DNA from: Armatimonadota bacterium
GTDB taxonomy: Bacteria > Armatimonadota > Fimbriimonadia > Fimbriimonadales > GBS-DC
NCBI GenBank assembly: GCA_037445735.1
Contig: JBBIJY010000022.1
Coordinates: 1-50,811, forward strand
Direction of reading: 5' to 3'
DNA length: 50,811 bases
Part shown: positions 27,844-36,783 of the stretch, in pieces
How positions within the stretch are numbered: the stretch's first letter is position 1
Layout: each line of letters begins with the position of its first letter
Program-made: the position numbers and the translations under genes
Notes under the pieces: model-generated
What the model saw: the letters and a program-made list of their open reading frames with translations, nothing else
Told to the model about the DNA's origin: nothing
Databases searched by the model: none

Positions 27844-27892
27844 CCACTATCAATATACCTCATGCGAGCCAGCGTGGTATACTCCAGCCGCT

Positions 27893-28975
27893 ATGCGAGC
27901 GCGCCCACATCTGTGGCAGCTGGAGCCTTATCCACCCGGCAAGCCGCTGGAAGTGCTGAAGCGCGAGCTGGGGCTGAACGAGATTATCCGCCTCTCCGCG
28001 AACGAGAACCCGCTGGGCGCCTCACCGCGCGTGCTGCAAGCCATCCAGCAGTTTCTGCCGAACATCCATCTCTATCCCGACGGCGCGTGCCAGCACCTGC
28101 GTCAGGCGCTGAGCGCGTTCTATAACCTGCCACCCGACCATTTCGCCTTCGGCAACGGCTCCGACGAGCTGATCCACTTCCTGGGGCTTGCCTATCTGGA
28201 GCCGGGCGATGAGGTGATTGTGGCGAACCCGTCGTTCGTTCGCTATGATGCGACCGCATTGCTGAACAACGCCATTCTGCACCGTGTGCCCCTCACGCCC
28301 GACTATCGCCACGATCTGCCCGCGATGAGCGCAAGAGTGAACCCACACACCAAATTGCTCTTTATCGCCAATCCGAACAACCCCACCGGCACGATTGTCC
28401 ATCGCGCCGAGCTGGAGGCGCTGCTGAACGCGCTGCCCGCCCATGTGCTGATAGTGCTGGATGAAGCCTACTTTGAATATGTGGATCATCCCGACTATCC
28501 CGATGGTCTGGACTATGTGCGGGCGGGGCGGAATGTGGTGGTGTTGCGCACCTTCTCCAAAGCGTACGGGCTGGCGGGTCTGCGCATCGGGTATGCAGTG
28601 GCTCGCCCGGAGATTCTGGAGCCGCTGGAGCGCGTGCGCGAGCCATTCAATGTGAACTCAGTCGCGCAGGTGGCAGCAGCGGCGGCGCTGACGGATCAGG
28701 AGCATGTACAGCGCATACGCGAGCTGAACCGTCAGGGTCTGCAGTTTTTCTATCGCCTGTGCGAGCAACTCAGGCTACCCTATGTCCCCTCGTGGGCGAA
28801 CTTTGTGCTGATGGATGTGGGGCGCGACAGCCGCGAGGTGGCAGGCAAGCTGCTTCAACAGGGGATACTGGTGCGCACGGGCGACATTTTCGGTATGCCG
28901 ACCTTCCTGCGGGTCAACACGGGCACAGCCGAACAGAATGAGCGTTTTGCCCATGCACTCCGCGACGCGCTCTGA
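27893..28975 (+). CDS. hisC: histidinol-phosphate aminotransferase
   Basis: LSANENPLG, GNGSDELI, NPNNPTG, DEAYFEY, RTFSKAYGLAGLRIGY; ATG 9 nt after TGGTATACT. Confidence 0.95.
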   Translation: MRARPHLWQLEPYPPGKPLEVLKRELGLNEIIRLSANENPLGASPRVLQAIQQFLPNIHLYPDGACQHLRQALSAFYNLPPDHFAFGNGSDELIHFLGLAYLEPGDEVIVANPSFVRYDATALLNNAILHRVPLTPDYRHDLPAMSARVNPHTKLLFIANPNNPTGTIVHRAELEALLNALPAHVLIVLDEAYFEYVDHPDYPDGLDYVRAGRNVVVLRTFSKAYGLAGLRIGYAVARPEILEPLERVREPFNVNSVAQVAAAAALTDQEHVQRIRELNRQGLQFFYRLCEQLRLPYVPSWANFVLMDVGRDSREVAGKLLQQGILVRTGDIFGMPTFLRVNTGTAEQNERFAHALRDAL

Positions 28976-29176
28976 ACGATCCCTCGACCTCTACTCGACA
29001 ACATCGCGCGCGTTAGCAGTGGCGGAGTGGAGTGCGAAAGCCCCGCTTCCGCAGCCTAAAAGGGACTCTCGCTATAAGTATCCAATGGCGTTTTTCTAAA
29101 CTTGGGGGAATACAGGGATTGGCTTGGTAATCCCATCAGGAATTGTGGCATAACCCTCGTAAGGAGGTGGTAAACG

Positions 29177-29389
29177 GTGAAAAGCCTAAAAAACTTGCTT
29201 GTGGGGTTCCTTTTCCTGATTGCCGTCCCTTGCGGGCTTCTCGAACCCATCTGCTTCATGTACATGGTCGTTGCCTTCTTTCTGGGAAGTCCCACCTGGA
29301 AGTTGGGTGACCTTGTTTGGATCCTTTCCACAATCGTGGTCTTTATATGCGCCATTTTCATCCACTTGTTGACGGAGGATCCGATATAG
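29177..29389 (+). CDS. small hydrophobic membrane protein (70 aa)
   Basis: Strong SD AAGGAGGTGG upstream of GTG; 2-3 hydrophobic segments; lower-GC context. Confidence 0.55.
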   Translation: MKSLKNLLVGFLFLIAVPCGLLEPICFMYMVVAFFLGSPTWKLGDLVWILSTIVVFICAIFIHLLTEDPI

Positions 29390-29616
29390 CGCTTTAGCGC
29401 ACAGGGAGAGGCAAGCAGAGTGGTGGAAGACCCCCTTGCTGGGACTGCGGTATTACGAATGCCAGGATGGTACTGGCACTACCGGCTGGCGTCGCATATC
29501 GCAGGGCAGCCTCTCCGCCTCTTGAGAGCCTTAGAATCGGGTGATTCGAGAGCTGTCAGGAGCTGCAGGGCTACAGGATGTGGTGGTGTCGACGGGACAG
29601 CGAACAACATGGTGTA

Positions 29617-29692
29617 TGGTGGAGCGGAGGGGATTCGAACCCCCGACCTCTAGAGTGCGATTCTAGCGCTCTCCCAGCTGAGCTACCGCCCC
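29617..29692 (-). tRNA. tRNA-Ala (anticodon CGC)
   Basis: GGGGCGGTAGCTCAGCTGGGAGAGCG-CTAGA-ATCGCAC-TCTAG-AGGTCGGGGGTTCGAATCCCCTCCGCTCCACCA; 76 nt, G3-U70 pair, encoded CCA; TATAAT at 29708-29713. Confidence 0.97.
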
Positions 29693-29719
29693 ACCAGAGC
29701 GACATCGATTATACCCCAT

Positions 29720-30571
29720 TCACTCCGTGCGAATCAAGAGCAGCTCCACCGGGTCGCCCAGCAGGTCGCTCAGATCGTTCAGCACCCAGTGAGGCAGCAG
29801 GTCGATAAGGGCGCGTTCGAGGTCTTCGCGCTGTGTGACGCCTGTCAGCACCAGTGCGCTGGGCAGATGCAGGGCGTGTGCCAGCGCGATGTCGGTCTCC
29901 AGTCGGTCGCCGACCATGAGCGTGCTATCCAGCGGGATGCGGTGTTCATCGAGCAGGGGCAGCAGGATGCGCGGGTTGGGCTTGCCCATCACGATGGGTT
30001 GCCTGCCCGTGGCGACGCTGATCGCCGCCACGATGCTGCCTGCGCCCGGCAGGAGCCGATTTTCAGCGGGATAGGTGGCATCGGTATTGGTGGCGATGAA
30101 GGCGGCGCCCTGCAGAATCGCCCACTGCGCCTGAGCCAGACGCTGATAGCTGAACTCCCGATCGATTCCGACCACCACAGCGGTCGGTCGCTGCTTTTCG
30201 GGGTCGTCCACGAGGGGGAAGCCCGCCGATTGCAGTTCCTCTTTCAAGCCCGGCTCGCCAACGACCATCAGGCGGGCGCGCGGCATCTGCTGCCGCAGAT
30301 AGTGTGCCGTTGCCCAACCTGAGGTGAGGATTCGGTCGGCTCCGACGGGCAATCCCATCTGTTGCAGGCGCTCCGCATACTGCTGGCGCGTCGCGCCTGA
30401 GTTGTTCGTCACGAAGAACACCTCGCGCCCGTCCGCCATCAGCAGGTTGATGGTCTCGATGGCATGCGGCAACGGCTGGCTGCCGCGATAGACGACGCCA
30501 TCCAGGTCAAAAATGAACGCCCGGAATCGCCTTGCCAGTCCCGTCACTCTTTCGGGCACACGCTCCGCCAT
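29720..30571 (-). CDS. HAD-IIA family hydrolase (NagD-like)
   Basis: FDLDGVVY, VTNNS, FIATNTD, MGKP, MVGDRLETDI, LVLTGVT; start overlaps the upstream stop (TAATG). Confidence 0.92.
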   Translation of the reverse strand: MAERVPERVTGLARRFRAFIFDLDGVVYRGSQPLPHAIETINLLMADGREVFFVTNNSGATRQQYAERLQQMGLPVGADRILTSGWATAHYLRQQMPRARLMVVGEPGLKEELQSAGFPLVDDPEKQRPTAVVVGIDREFSYQRLAQAQWAILQGAAFIATNTDATYPAENRLLPGAGSIVAAISVATGRQPIVMGKPNPRILLPLLDEHRIPLDSTLMVGDRLETDIALAHALHLPSALVLTGVTQREDLERALIDLLPHWVLNDLSDLLGDPVELLLIRTE

Positions 30572-31611
30572 TAATATTTGCGCTCCGTGATGAATCGTGC
30601 CACCTCCTCCAGCGTCTGCCGGGCAGGCGAGGGGGTCAGCCGCTGCAGCAGCTCCAGCGCCTTCTGGCGATAGCGCTCGGCGACCTCCTCTGCATACCTT
30701 AGACTGCCAGTGAGGCGCATCTGTTCTCTGTAGTAGGCGAATCGCTCGGGTTCGATCGCCGTGCCGAACTCCGTCTGGAGCGCAAGCCGCATGGGTTCGG
30801 GCGCGTGTGCATAAAAGTGAATGAGCGGCAGTGTGGCGCATCCCTCTCGAAAGTCGGTGCCGTTCGGCTTGCCCGTCACCTGCGAATCACCCACATAATC
30901 GAGCAGGTCGTCCACAATCTGGAAGGCAATCCCCAGATGGGAGCCGAACGATTCGAGCGTCTGGAGCGTCCCGGCATCGGCATCCACCAGGTAGCCGCCG
31001 ATCGTGCAGCAGCCCGCGATAAAGGCGGCGGTCTTGTGGCGTACCACCTGCAGGTAGTCCTGTTCACTCAAATCGAGCCGTCGGCGCAGGAACACCTCCT
31101 GCACCTCGCCCTCGCTCATCGCGGTGGTGATGTGGGCGACCTGCTGAATGATGCGCAGGTCACCGTCCATCGCCAGGTGGCGCATCGCGCGTGCCAGAAT
31201 ATAATCGCCCGACAGCACCGTGGCGAGGTTGCCATAGAGGGCGTTCACGGTGGGCTGACCGCGCCGCAGGAAGGTCTCGTCGATCACATCGTCGTGGATG
31301 AGCGTCGCCATATGGATCATCTCCATGCAGGCGGCGATAGTGACGAGGCGCGCGATGGCGTCGCGTTGCTCGTTGCGATAGCGTTCGTGGAACCGTTCTG
31401 GCGAGGCGGCATACGCGCTCAGGATGACCAGCGCGGGGCGCAACCGCTTGCCACCTGCCGACAGCAGGTGGCGCGTCAGCTCGCTGAACTGCGGAATGCT
31501 GGTGTCTGCCTGCGCTTGCAGGAACGCTTCGACGGCGTCCAGCTCTGCGCGGATGGGCGTCAGCATGGCTGGAACCGTGATCAGTTGCCGTTGCACATCG
31601 GTTGCACTCAT
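30571..31611 (-). CDS. polyprenyl diphosphate synthase
   Basis: GGKRLRP, HMATLIHDDVID...RRG, FQIVDDLLD, GKPNGTD; ATGA overlap with menG. Confidence 0.93.
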   Translation of the reverse strand: MSATDVQRQLITVPAMLTPIRAELDAVEAFLQAQADTSIPQFSELTRHLLSAGGKRLRPALVILSAYAASPERFHERYRNEQRDAIARLVTIAACMEMIHMATLIHDDVIDETFLRRGQPTVNALYGNLATVLSGDYILARAMRHLAMDGDLRIIQQVAHITTAMSEGEVQEVFLRRRLDLSEQDYLQVVRHKTAAFIAGCCTIGGYLVDADAGTLQTLESFGSHLGIAFQIVDDLLDYVGDSQVTGKPNGTDFREGCATLPLIHFYAHAPEPMRLALQTEFGTAIEPERFAYYREQMRLTGSLRYAEEVAERYRQKALELLQRLTPSPARQTLEEVARFITERKY

Positions 31612-32354
31612 CGTTTGACCCCGATATAGGCACACACGACGCCGAGCGTCAGATCGCAATAACACACCTGCCCCAGGCCTGCCTGCTGCATCCACTCGGC
31701 GACGGCTGCCCGCTCGTCATCGTGCCGGATGGACATCGGTAGATAGAGGTAGGCGTCGGCGTGGCTGAGCCAGCGCCCGATTCGGGGCAGCAGTCGCAGG
31801 GCATAGAGATCATACAGCAGGCGGGCGGGCGCCTGCAACGGGCGCGTGAGTTCCAGCACCGCCACACGCCCGCCCGGTTTCAGCACGCGCGCCATCTCCC
31901 GAAACGCCGCGGGCTTATCGATCAGGTTGCGCAGTCCGAAGGCGATGGTCACCGCATCGAAGCACTGATCGGCGAACGGAAGCTGCAGCGCGTCCGCCAG
32001 CACATAGCGGATATGGTTCAGCCCCTGTCGCTGGGTTTTGAGACGGGCGCGCTGCAGCATCGGCTCGCAAAAATCGAGCGCGACCACCTCGCCCGCTGGA
32101 CCGAGATGGCGGGCAATCTGGATAGCCAAATCGCCCGTGCCCGTACAGACATCCAGCACGCGGGCAGTCGGTTTAAGCTCCAGCATCTGCACCACACGCT
32201 GGCGCCAGCGGTGATGGAGCGCGAGGCTCAACAGCGTGTTCAACAGGTCGTAGCGGGGAGCGATACGGGCGAACATCTCGCGCACATAGCGGCGCCGCCC
32301 GTCATCCCGACGCTGCCAGATGGGTACGCTCTCGCTCGGCGACTTCGTGCCCAT
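31608..32354 (-). CDS. menG: demethylmenaquinone methyltransferase (UbiE/MenG)
   Basis: MFARIAPRYDLLN, LDVCTGTGD, TIAFGLRN, EMARVLKPGG. Confidence 0.88.
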   Translation of the reverse strand: MGTKSPSESVPIWQRRDDGRRRYVREMFARIAPRYDLLNTLLSLALHHRWRQRVVQMLELKPTARVLDVCTGTGDLAIQIARHLGPAGEVVALDFCEPMLQRARLKTQRQGLNHIRYVLADALQLPFADQCFDAVTIAFGLRNLIDKPAAFREMARVLKPGGRVAVLELTRPLQAPARLLYDLYALRLLPRIGRWLSHADAYLYLPMSIRHDDERAAVAEWMQQAGLGQVCYCDLTLGVVCAYIGVKR

Positions 32355-32442
32355 TTTCACAATCCACCCCGATTATACCCGGTAGCAATCTTTGTGCCTG
32401 ACAGGAACTGACCCGCCGCGCTTCGGGTACTATTTTAGAGCG

Positions 32443-33630
32443 ATGGCACGCAAGCGGGGTACTGTGCTGGTGGCGATGAGCGGGGGTGTGGACAGCTCGG
32501 TTGCCGCAGCGCTTCTGCAGAGGCGTGGGTACGAGGTGATTGGCGTCACCATGCAAATCTGGCAGGAGTCGCATCCTGACCCCCGACATGGAGGCTGCTG
32601 CTCGCTGGGCGCGGTGGAAGACGCGCGGCGAGTGGCGCGCCGGCTCGGCATCCCGCACTATGTGCTGAACTTCCGCCGAATCTTCGCCGACACTGTGATC
32701 CGCGACTTCGTGCATGAGTATCGCAGCGGGCGCACGCCGAACCCGTGCGTGCAGTGCAACCGCTTCGTGAAGTTCGACGCGCTCCTGAAGAAGGCGGACG
32801 AGCTGGGCTGCGACTTTATCGCCACCGGGCACTATGCCCGCGTGCGGTTCAACCCGCGCACGGGACGCTGGAACCTGCTCCGCGCCCGCGATAAGCACAA
32901 GGATCAGTCCTATGTGCTGTATATGCTCACGCAGGAGCAGCTGGCGCGCACGCTGTTCCCGCTGGGCATGATGACCAGCAAGGAGCAGACGCGCCGGATC
33001 GCTGCCGAGCTGGGGCTGTGGACCGCGAACAAGCCCGACAGCCAGGAAATCTGCTTCGTGGCGCACGCAGGCGGCTATCATCAGTTCCTGCGCGAGATCA
33101 CGCCCGACGCCTTCCAGCCGGGCGCGATCCGCGATGTGCACGGGCGCGTGCTGGGCACCCACAACGGCATCGCGCTCTACACCGTCGGACAGCGACGGCG
33201 ACTGAACCTCTTCTCGACTGTGCCGCTCTATGTGCTGCGAATCGTGCCTGAAGAGAACGCGATTATCGTGGGCACCGAAGACCAGCTCTACGAGCGCGAG
33301 ATGGTGGTGGAGCAAATCCACTGGAGCAGTATCCCCTCGTTGCAGGAACCGTTGAAGGCGATGGTGAAGATTCGGTATAATGCGCCTGCAGCGCCCGCGT
33401 GGGTCTATCCTGGCGATGCGCCCGACACGGTGCGTGTGGTGTTTGACCAGCCCGTGCGCGCCATCACGCCAGGGCAGATCGCGGTCTTCTATCGGGGCGA
33501 GACGGTGGTCGGCGGCGGCACCATTCGGGGGAGCATCCACCGCACCGCCGACCCGCAGGGAACCGAGCAGGCGGTTCAGCGCGCCCTGCAGAAGGTCGAC
33601 GCGCTGCTGTGTGAGGGACTGGACGGATGA
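32443..33630 (+). CDS. mnmA: tRNA 2-thiouridine(34) synthase
   Basis: AMSGGVDSSV, TPNPCVQCN, ATGHYA, KDQSYVL, DSQEICF, AITPGQIAVFY. Confidence 0.97.
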   Translation: MARKRGTVLVAMSGGVDSSVAAALLQRRGYEVIGVTMQIWQESHPDPRHGGCCSLGAVEDARRVARRLGIPHYVLNFRRIFADTVIRDFVHEYRSGRTPNPCVQCNRFVKFDALLKKADELGCDFIATGHYARVRFNPRTGRWNLLRARDKHKDQSYVLYMLTQEQLARTLFPLGMMTSKEQTRRIAAELGLWTANKPDSQEICFVAHAGGYHQFLREITPDAFQPGAIRDVHGRVLGTHNGIALYTVGQRRRLNLFSTVPLYVLRIVPEENAIIVGTEDQLYEREMVVEQIHWSSIPSLQEPLKAMVKIRYNAPAAPAWVYPGDAPDTVRVVFDQPVRAITPGQIAVFYRGETVVGGGTIRGSIHRTADPQGTEQAVQRALQKVDALLCEGLDG

Positions 33631-34238
33631 ACGACACTTTGCTGCTGATTCTGATTGTGCTGATGGCGCTGACGCTGCTGGTGCTGTGCTGGGCGACGAT
33701 TGCCCTGCTGGTGCAGGCACGCAAGGAGTTGCCCGTGCTGCGTCGGCGCGTGGACGAGCTGAACGGGCGGCTGGGGCGCGTGCTGGAAGAGACCGTGCCC
33801 GCGTTGCAGACCACCACGCAGGCGCTGCAAGAAGCCCATCGCGCCCTGCGCGAAGCCGCCGAAACCATCGAGAACCTGCATATTGTCACGGACAACATCC
33901 GCCACAAGCTGGAGGTGGCGGACGAAGTGGCGGGCAAGGTGCGGCGCGTGCCCGAAAAGGCGGCGCGACTGCTCGGCAAACTGATGAATCAGGCGTTCAA
34001 GCTGGGCGGTCAACTCCTGCTGCAACGCCTGCAGGGCGGCGCCCGGCGTCGCCCGATCCCAGACGACGCATGGCGCATAAGCGGTGGGGAACTGCACGCG
34101 CCTGCAACGCCCGCAACCGACTCACGGCAGGATGCCACCCATGGCGAGAGTTCTGTCCCCACAGGGGCAGAGTCCGTCTCCCGCGCGGAGGCGAACCCAA
34201 CCAACGAGCAAGGAGGGATGAACGATGAATCACGATGA
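33627..34238 (+). CDS. DUF948-like membrane-anchored coiled-coil protein
   Basis: N-terminal TM plus helical region; directly upstream of a YtxH gene, which is the typical pairing. Confidence 0.6.
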   Translation: MNDTLLLILIVLMALTLLVLCWATIALLVQARKELPVLRRRVDELNGRLGRVLEETVPALQTTTQALQEAHRALREAAETIENLHIVTDNIRHKLEVADEVAGKVRRVPEKAARLLGKLMNQAFKLGGQLLLQRLQGGARRRPIPDDAWRISGGELHAPATPATDSRQDATHGESSVPTGAESVSRAEANPTNEQGGMNDESR

Positions 34239-34494
34239 GCGCAGTGGGCTGCTCTATCTGCTGGCGGGTATCGGGCTGGGCGTGCTGATCGGCGCCGTGC
34301 TTGGACTGCTGTTCGCGCCCAAATCGGGGGAGGAACTGCGCAGCGAGCTGGGTCAGCGCGTGCAGGAACTCTCCGAGAAGGTGCGTGAACTCGCTCAGCA
34401 GGCTTACGAGAAGAGCGGTGAGACCGTCCGCAATGTGCGCGAGCGCATCAGCCGCCGCGCCACCGGCGAGGAGGTCACTTCCGAGGAAGCCTGA
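34225..34494 (+). CDS. YtxH domain protein
   Basis: GIGLGVLIGAVLGLLFAPKSGEELR. Confidence 0.9.
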   Translation: MNHDERSGLLYLLAGIGLGVLIGAVLGLLFAPKSGEELRSELGQRVQELSEKVRELAQQAYEKSGETVRNVRERISRRATGEEVTSEEA

Positions 34495-34495
34495 A

Positions 34496-35725
34496 ATGTT
34501 CGGGCGAATCTTCCTTGTGGTGGCAGCGATTCTGTTCAGCACGCTCCTCATCGCTGCCACCCTCTACTTCTTTTATCTGATTCTCGGCGCGCTGGTGCCC
34601 TTCCTGATCGCGGGCATTATTGCGTTGCTGTTGAACCCGTTCGTGGAGCGACTGTGCCGACGCGGGTTCTCACGCCCGCGCGCCGTGTTCAATGTGTTTC
34701 TCGGCTTCATCCTGCTGATGCTCGCCATCGGCGTGTCGCTGATCCCCAGCTTCTATCAGCAGGCGCAGAGCATCATCGACTTCTTCTCCTCACCCAAAAA
34801 CGCCAATCTCACGCGCACGGTGAACAACTGGGTGGCGCAAACGCAGGACTATCTGGAACGCGAGGTGCAACGCCGTCAGCCGTGGATCCAGCGCAATCGC
34901 GTGCTGCTCCAGCGGCTGGGAATCCCCACCACACCCGAAGAGATCGAGAAGACCTCCGAGCGGTGGCGCACACGCCTGCAACAGCTGCTCACTGGCTGGG
35001 CGACCAAAGTGTTCAACGCGCTGGTGCAGACGCTGATTGGCGTGCTGTCGCGCGTCATCTGGGTGATCCTGATCCCCTTGAGCGTCTACTTTTTTCTGCT
35101 GGATATGCCCAACATTCGGCGTTCGTTTCTGTATCTGTTGCCGCCGCGGCAACGGGAGCCAGCCAGCCAGCTGCTGAACGAAATTGGCGCGGTGTTCTTT
35201 AACTACATTCGGGGTCTGGTGACGGCGGCGCTCACCTACGGGCTGACCTGCATGGTGTTCTTCTGGCTGCTGGGCGCACCGAACCCGGTGTTGCTGGGGG
35301 TGCTGGCGGGGTTGCTCTATCCGATTCCCTATGTGGGTGCGTTTCTGATTGCGCTCACTTCGGGCGGGTTCACCCTGCTGTTCGAGCCGTCGCCGCTGCT
35401 GTTTGTGTTCACGCCCGCCAAAATCTGGCACGCGCTGATTGTGGTGCTGGCGGGCATGGGGCTGAACACACTGTTCGATATGCTGATTACGCCGCGCCTG
35501 CTGGGTGGGGCGGTGGGGCTGCGCCCGTTAGCTGCGCTGGTGGCGATTGTGGTGGGCGCGACCATCGGCGGCATCTGGGGCATGATGCTCGCCGTGCCCG
35601 TCACCGCCTCGCTGCTGATTGTCGTGCGGGCGGTGCTGCACTACTTCTACGGTGACGAGCCACCTGAAAAGCCCACCGAATCGGAGGAGCCCGCCTGCGC
35701 TCATTCAGAAACAGCTGCTCCTTGA
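34496..35725 (+). CDS. AI-2E family (PerM) transporter
   Basis: Multi-TM; PFLIAGIIALLLNPFV, NYIRG, PIPYVG, ITPRLLGGAVGL, GMMLAVP. Confidence 0.9.
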   Translation: MFGRIFLVVAAILFSTLLIAATLYFFYLILGALVPFLIAGIIALLLNPFVERLCRRGFSRPRAVFNVFLGFILLMLAIGVSLIPSFYQQAQSIIDFFSSPKNANLTRTVNNWVAQTQDYLEREVQRRQPWIQRNRVLLQRLGIPTTPEEIEKTSERWRTRLQQLLTGWATKVFNALVQTLIGVLSRVIWVILIPLSVYFFLLDMPNIRRSFLYLLPPRQREPASQLLNEIGAVFFNYIRGLVTAALTYGLTCMVFFWLLGAPNPVLLGVLAGLLYPIPYVGAFLIALTSGGFTLLFEPSPLLFVFTPAKIWHALIVVLAGMGLNTLFDMLITPRLLGGAVGLRPLAALVAIVVGATIGGIWGMMLAVPVTASLLIVVRAVLHYFYGDEPPEKPTESEEPACAHSETAAP

Positions 35726-35766
35726 AGCCGATTGGGGTGAGGTAAAATTGTTATGGGGGTAATCTG

Positions 35767-36057
35767 ATGGCGCGTCCGATTCCGACCAATCGGCGCTGGC
35801 ATGGGGAGCCGTACAGGGCGGTTCGCTCCGCCCAGCGGGCATCCCGCATCCACTCGCGCGCCTCACGGCACCCTGATCGGCAAACCCGCCGCGCAGTGTA
35901 CACCCTCACAGCGCTGGTGCTGTGCATGCTCATTCTTGCGCTCGCCGCCATGCTGTGGCTAACCCGTAGCGTGATTCTCATCGTGCCGCTGTCATGGCTA
36001 CTGCGGGCCCTTGTCCGTGTCTGGACTCACAGGGAGCCAGATGAACCGTTCGACTGA
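35767..36057 (+). CDS. small hypothetical membrane protein
   Basis: Fills the gap in the operon direction; hydrophobic C-terminal half; GGTAAAAT upstream. Confidence 0.5.
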   Translation: MARPIPTNRRWHGEPYRAVRSAQRASRIHSRASRHPDRQTRRAVYTLTALVLCMLILALAAMLWLTRSVILIVPLSWLLRALVRVWTHREPDEPFD

Positions 36058-36138
36058 CGCTTGCCCACCGCAATCGGGTATCCTTTATCAAAGCCATCAG
36101 ACGGAAGGTCTGGGCGATTGCGATTCAGGAGAGGACTC

Positions 36139-36753
36139 ATGGCGAGGAAAGTCAGCAAACAGGAGCAACGGCGTGAGCAGATTTTGCAGGGTGCGGCGAA
36201 GGTCTTTTCAAAAAAGGGCTATCACGCCAGCACCGTCGAGGAGATTGCGAAGGAGCTGGGACTGACCAAAGCCAGCATCTACTACTATGTGCGGGACAAG
36301 AGCGAGCTGCTCTACCAGCTCTATCGGCGCGCGATGGAAGCCCTGCTCGAATCGCAGGCGGAGATTATGGCGCGTGCGGACTCACCCGACCAGAAGTTGC
36401 GCGCGATTATCGAGGAGTATGTTCGCATCGCGGGCGACGCGCATACGATGTACAGCGTGGTGGTGCTGCGCGAGCATCATGCCCTGCCCCCACGCCAGCG
36501 CAGGGAGATTATCGCGCTGCGCGACCAGTACGAGCAGAATGTGCGCCGCTGCATTCAGGAGGGCATCGAGCAGGGGCTTTTCGAGCCGATCGATGTGAAG
36601 ATGGCTGCCTATGTGGTGCTGGGCGCACTCAACTGGATTCCCAGCTGGTACAACCCGCGCGGTGCGCTCAGCAAAGAGGAAATCGGGCGCATTTTTGCCG
36701 ATTACCTGGTGCGCGGCTTGCTCAAAGTGCCCGCACCCCTCCGTGAGGGGTAA
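36139..36753 (+). CDS. TetR/AcrR family regulator (KstR2-like C-terminus)
   Basis: ILQGAAKVFSKKGYHASTVEEIAKELGLTKASIYYY; LGALNWIPSWYNPRG; SD AGGAGAGG. Confidence 0.92.
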   Translation: MARKVSKQEQRREQILQGAAKVFSKKGYHASTVEEIAKELGLTKASIYYYVRDKSELLYQLYRRAMEALLESQAEIMARADSPDQKLRAIIEEYVRIAGDAHTMYSVVVLREHHALPPRQRREIIALRDQYEQNVRRCIQEGIEQGLFEPIDVKMAAYVVLGALNWIPSWYNPRGALSKEEIGRIFADYLVRGLLKVPAPLREG

Positions 36754-36783
36754 ACTCCCCACCTGTCGGGAGGCAACGAACGC

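Noticed and set aside
28981-28993. CGACCTCTA match to the tRNA-Ala anticodon/variable region
   Set aside because: Only 9 bp and not colinear with the other partial match; probably chance
29056-29653. ORFs 29056-29361 (-) and 29420-29653 (+)
   Set aside because: No clear SD or motifs; the first is antisense to the better-supported 70-aa ORF and the second runs into the tRNA
32302-33720. 472-aa minus-strand ORF (likewise 37285-38529, 38968-40053, 42413-43378)
   Set aside because: Antisense to well-supported genes (mnmA, proS, Ig-repeat protein, ABC ATPase); explained by codon bias
36754-36783. T-box leader for proS
   Set aside because: Only 30 bp of intergenic sequence; no T-box motif
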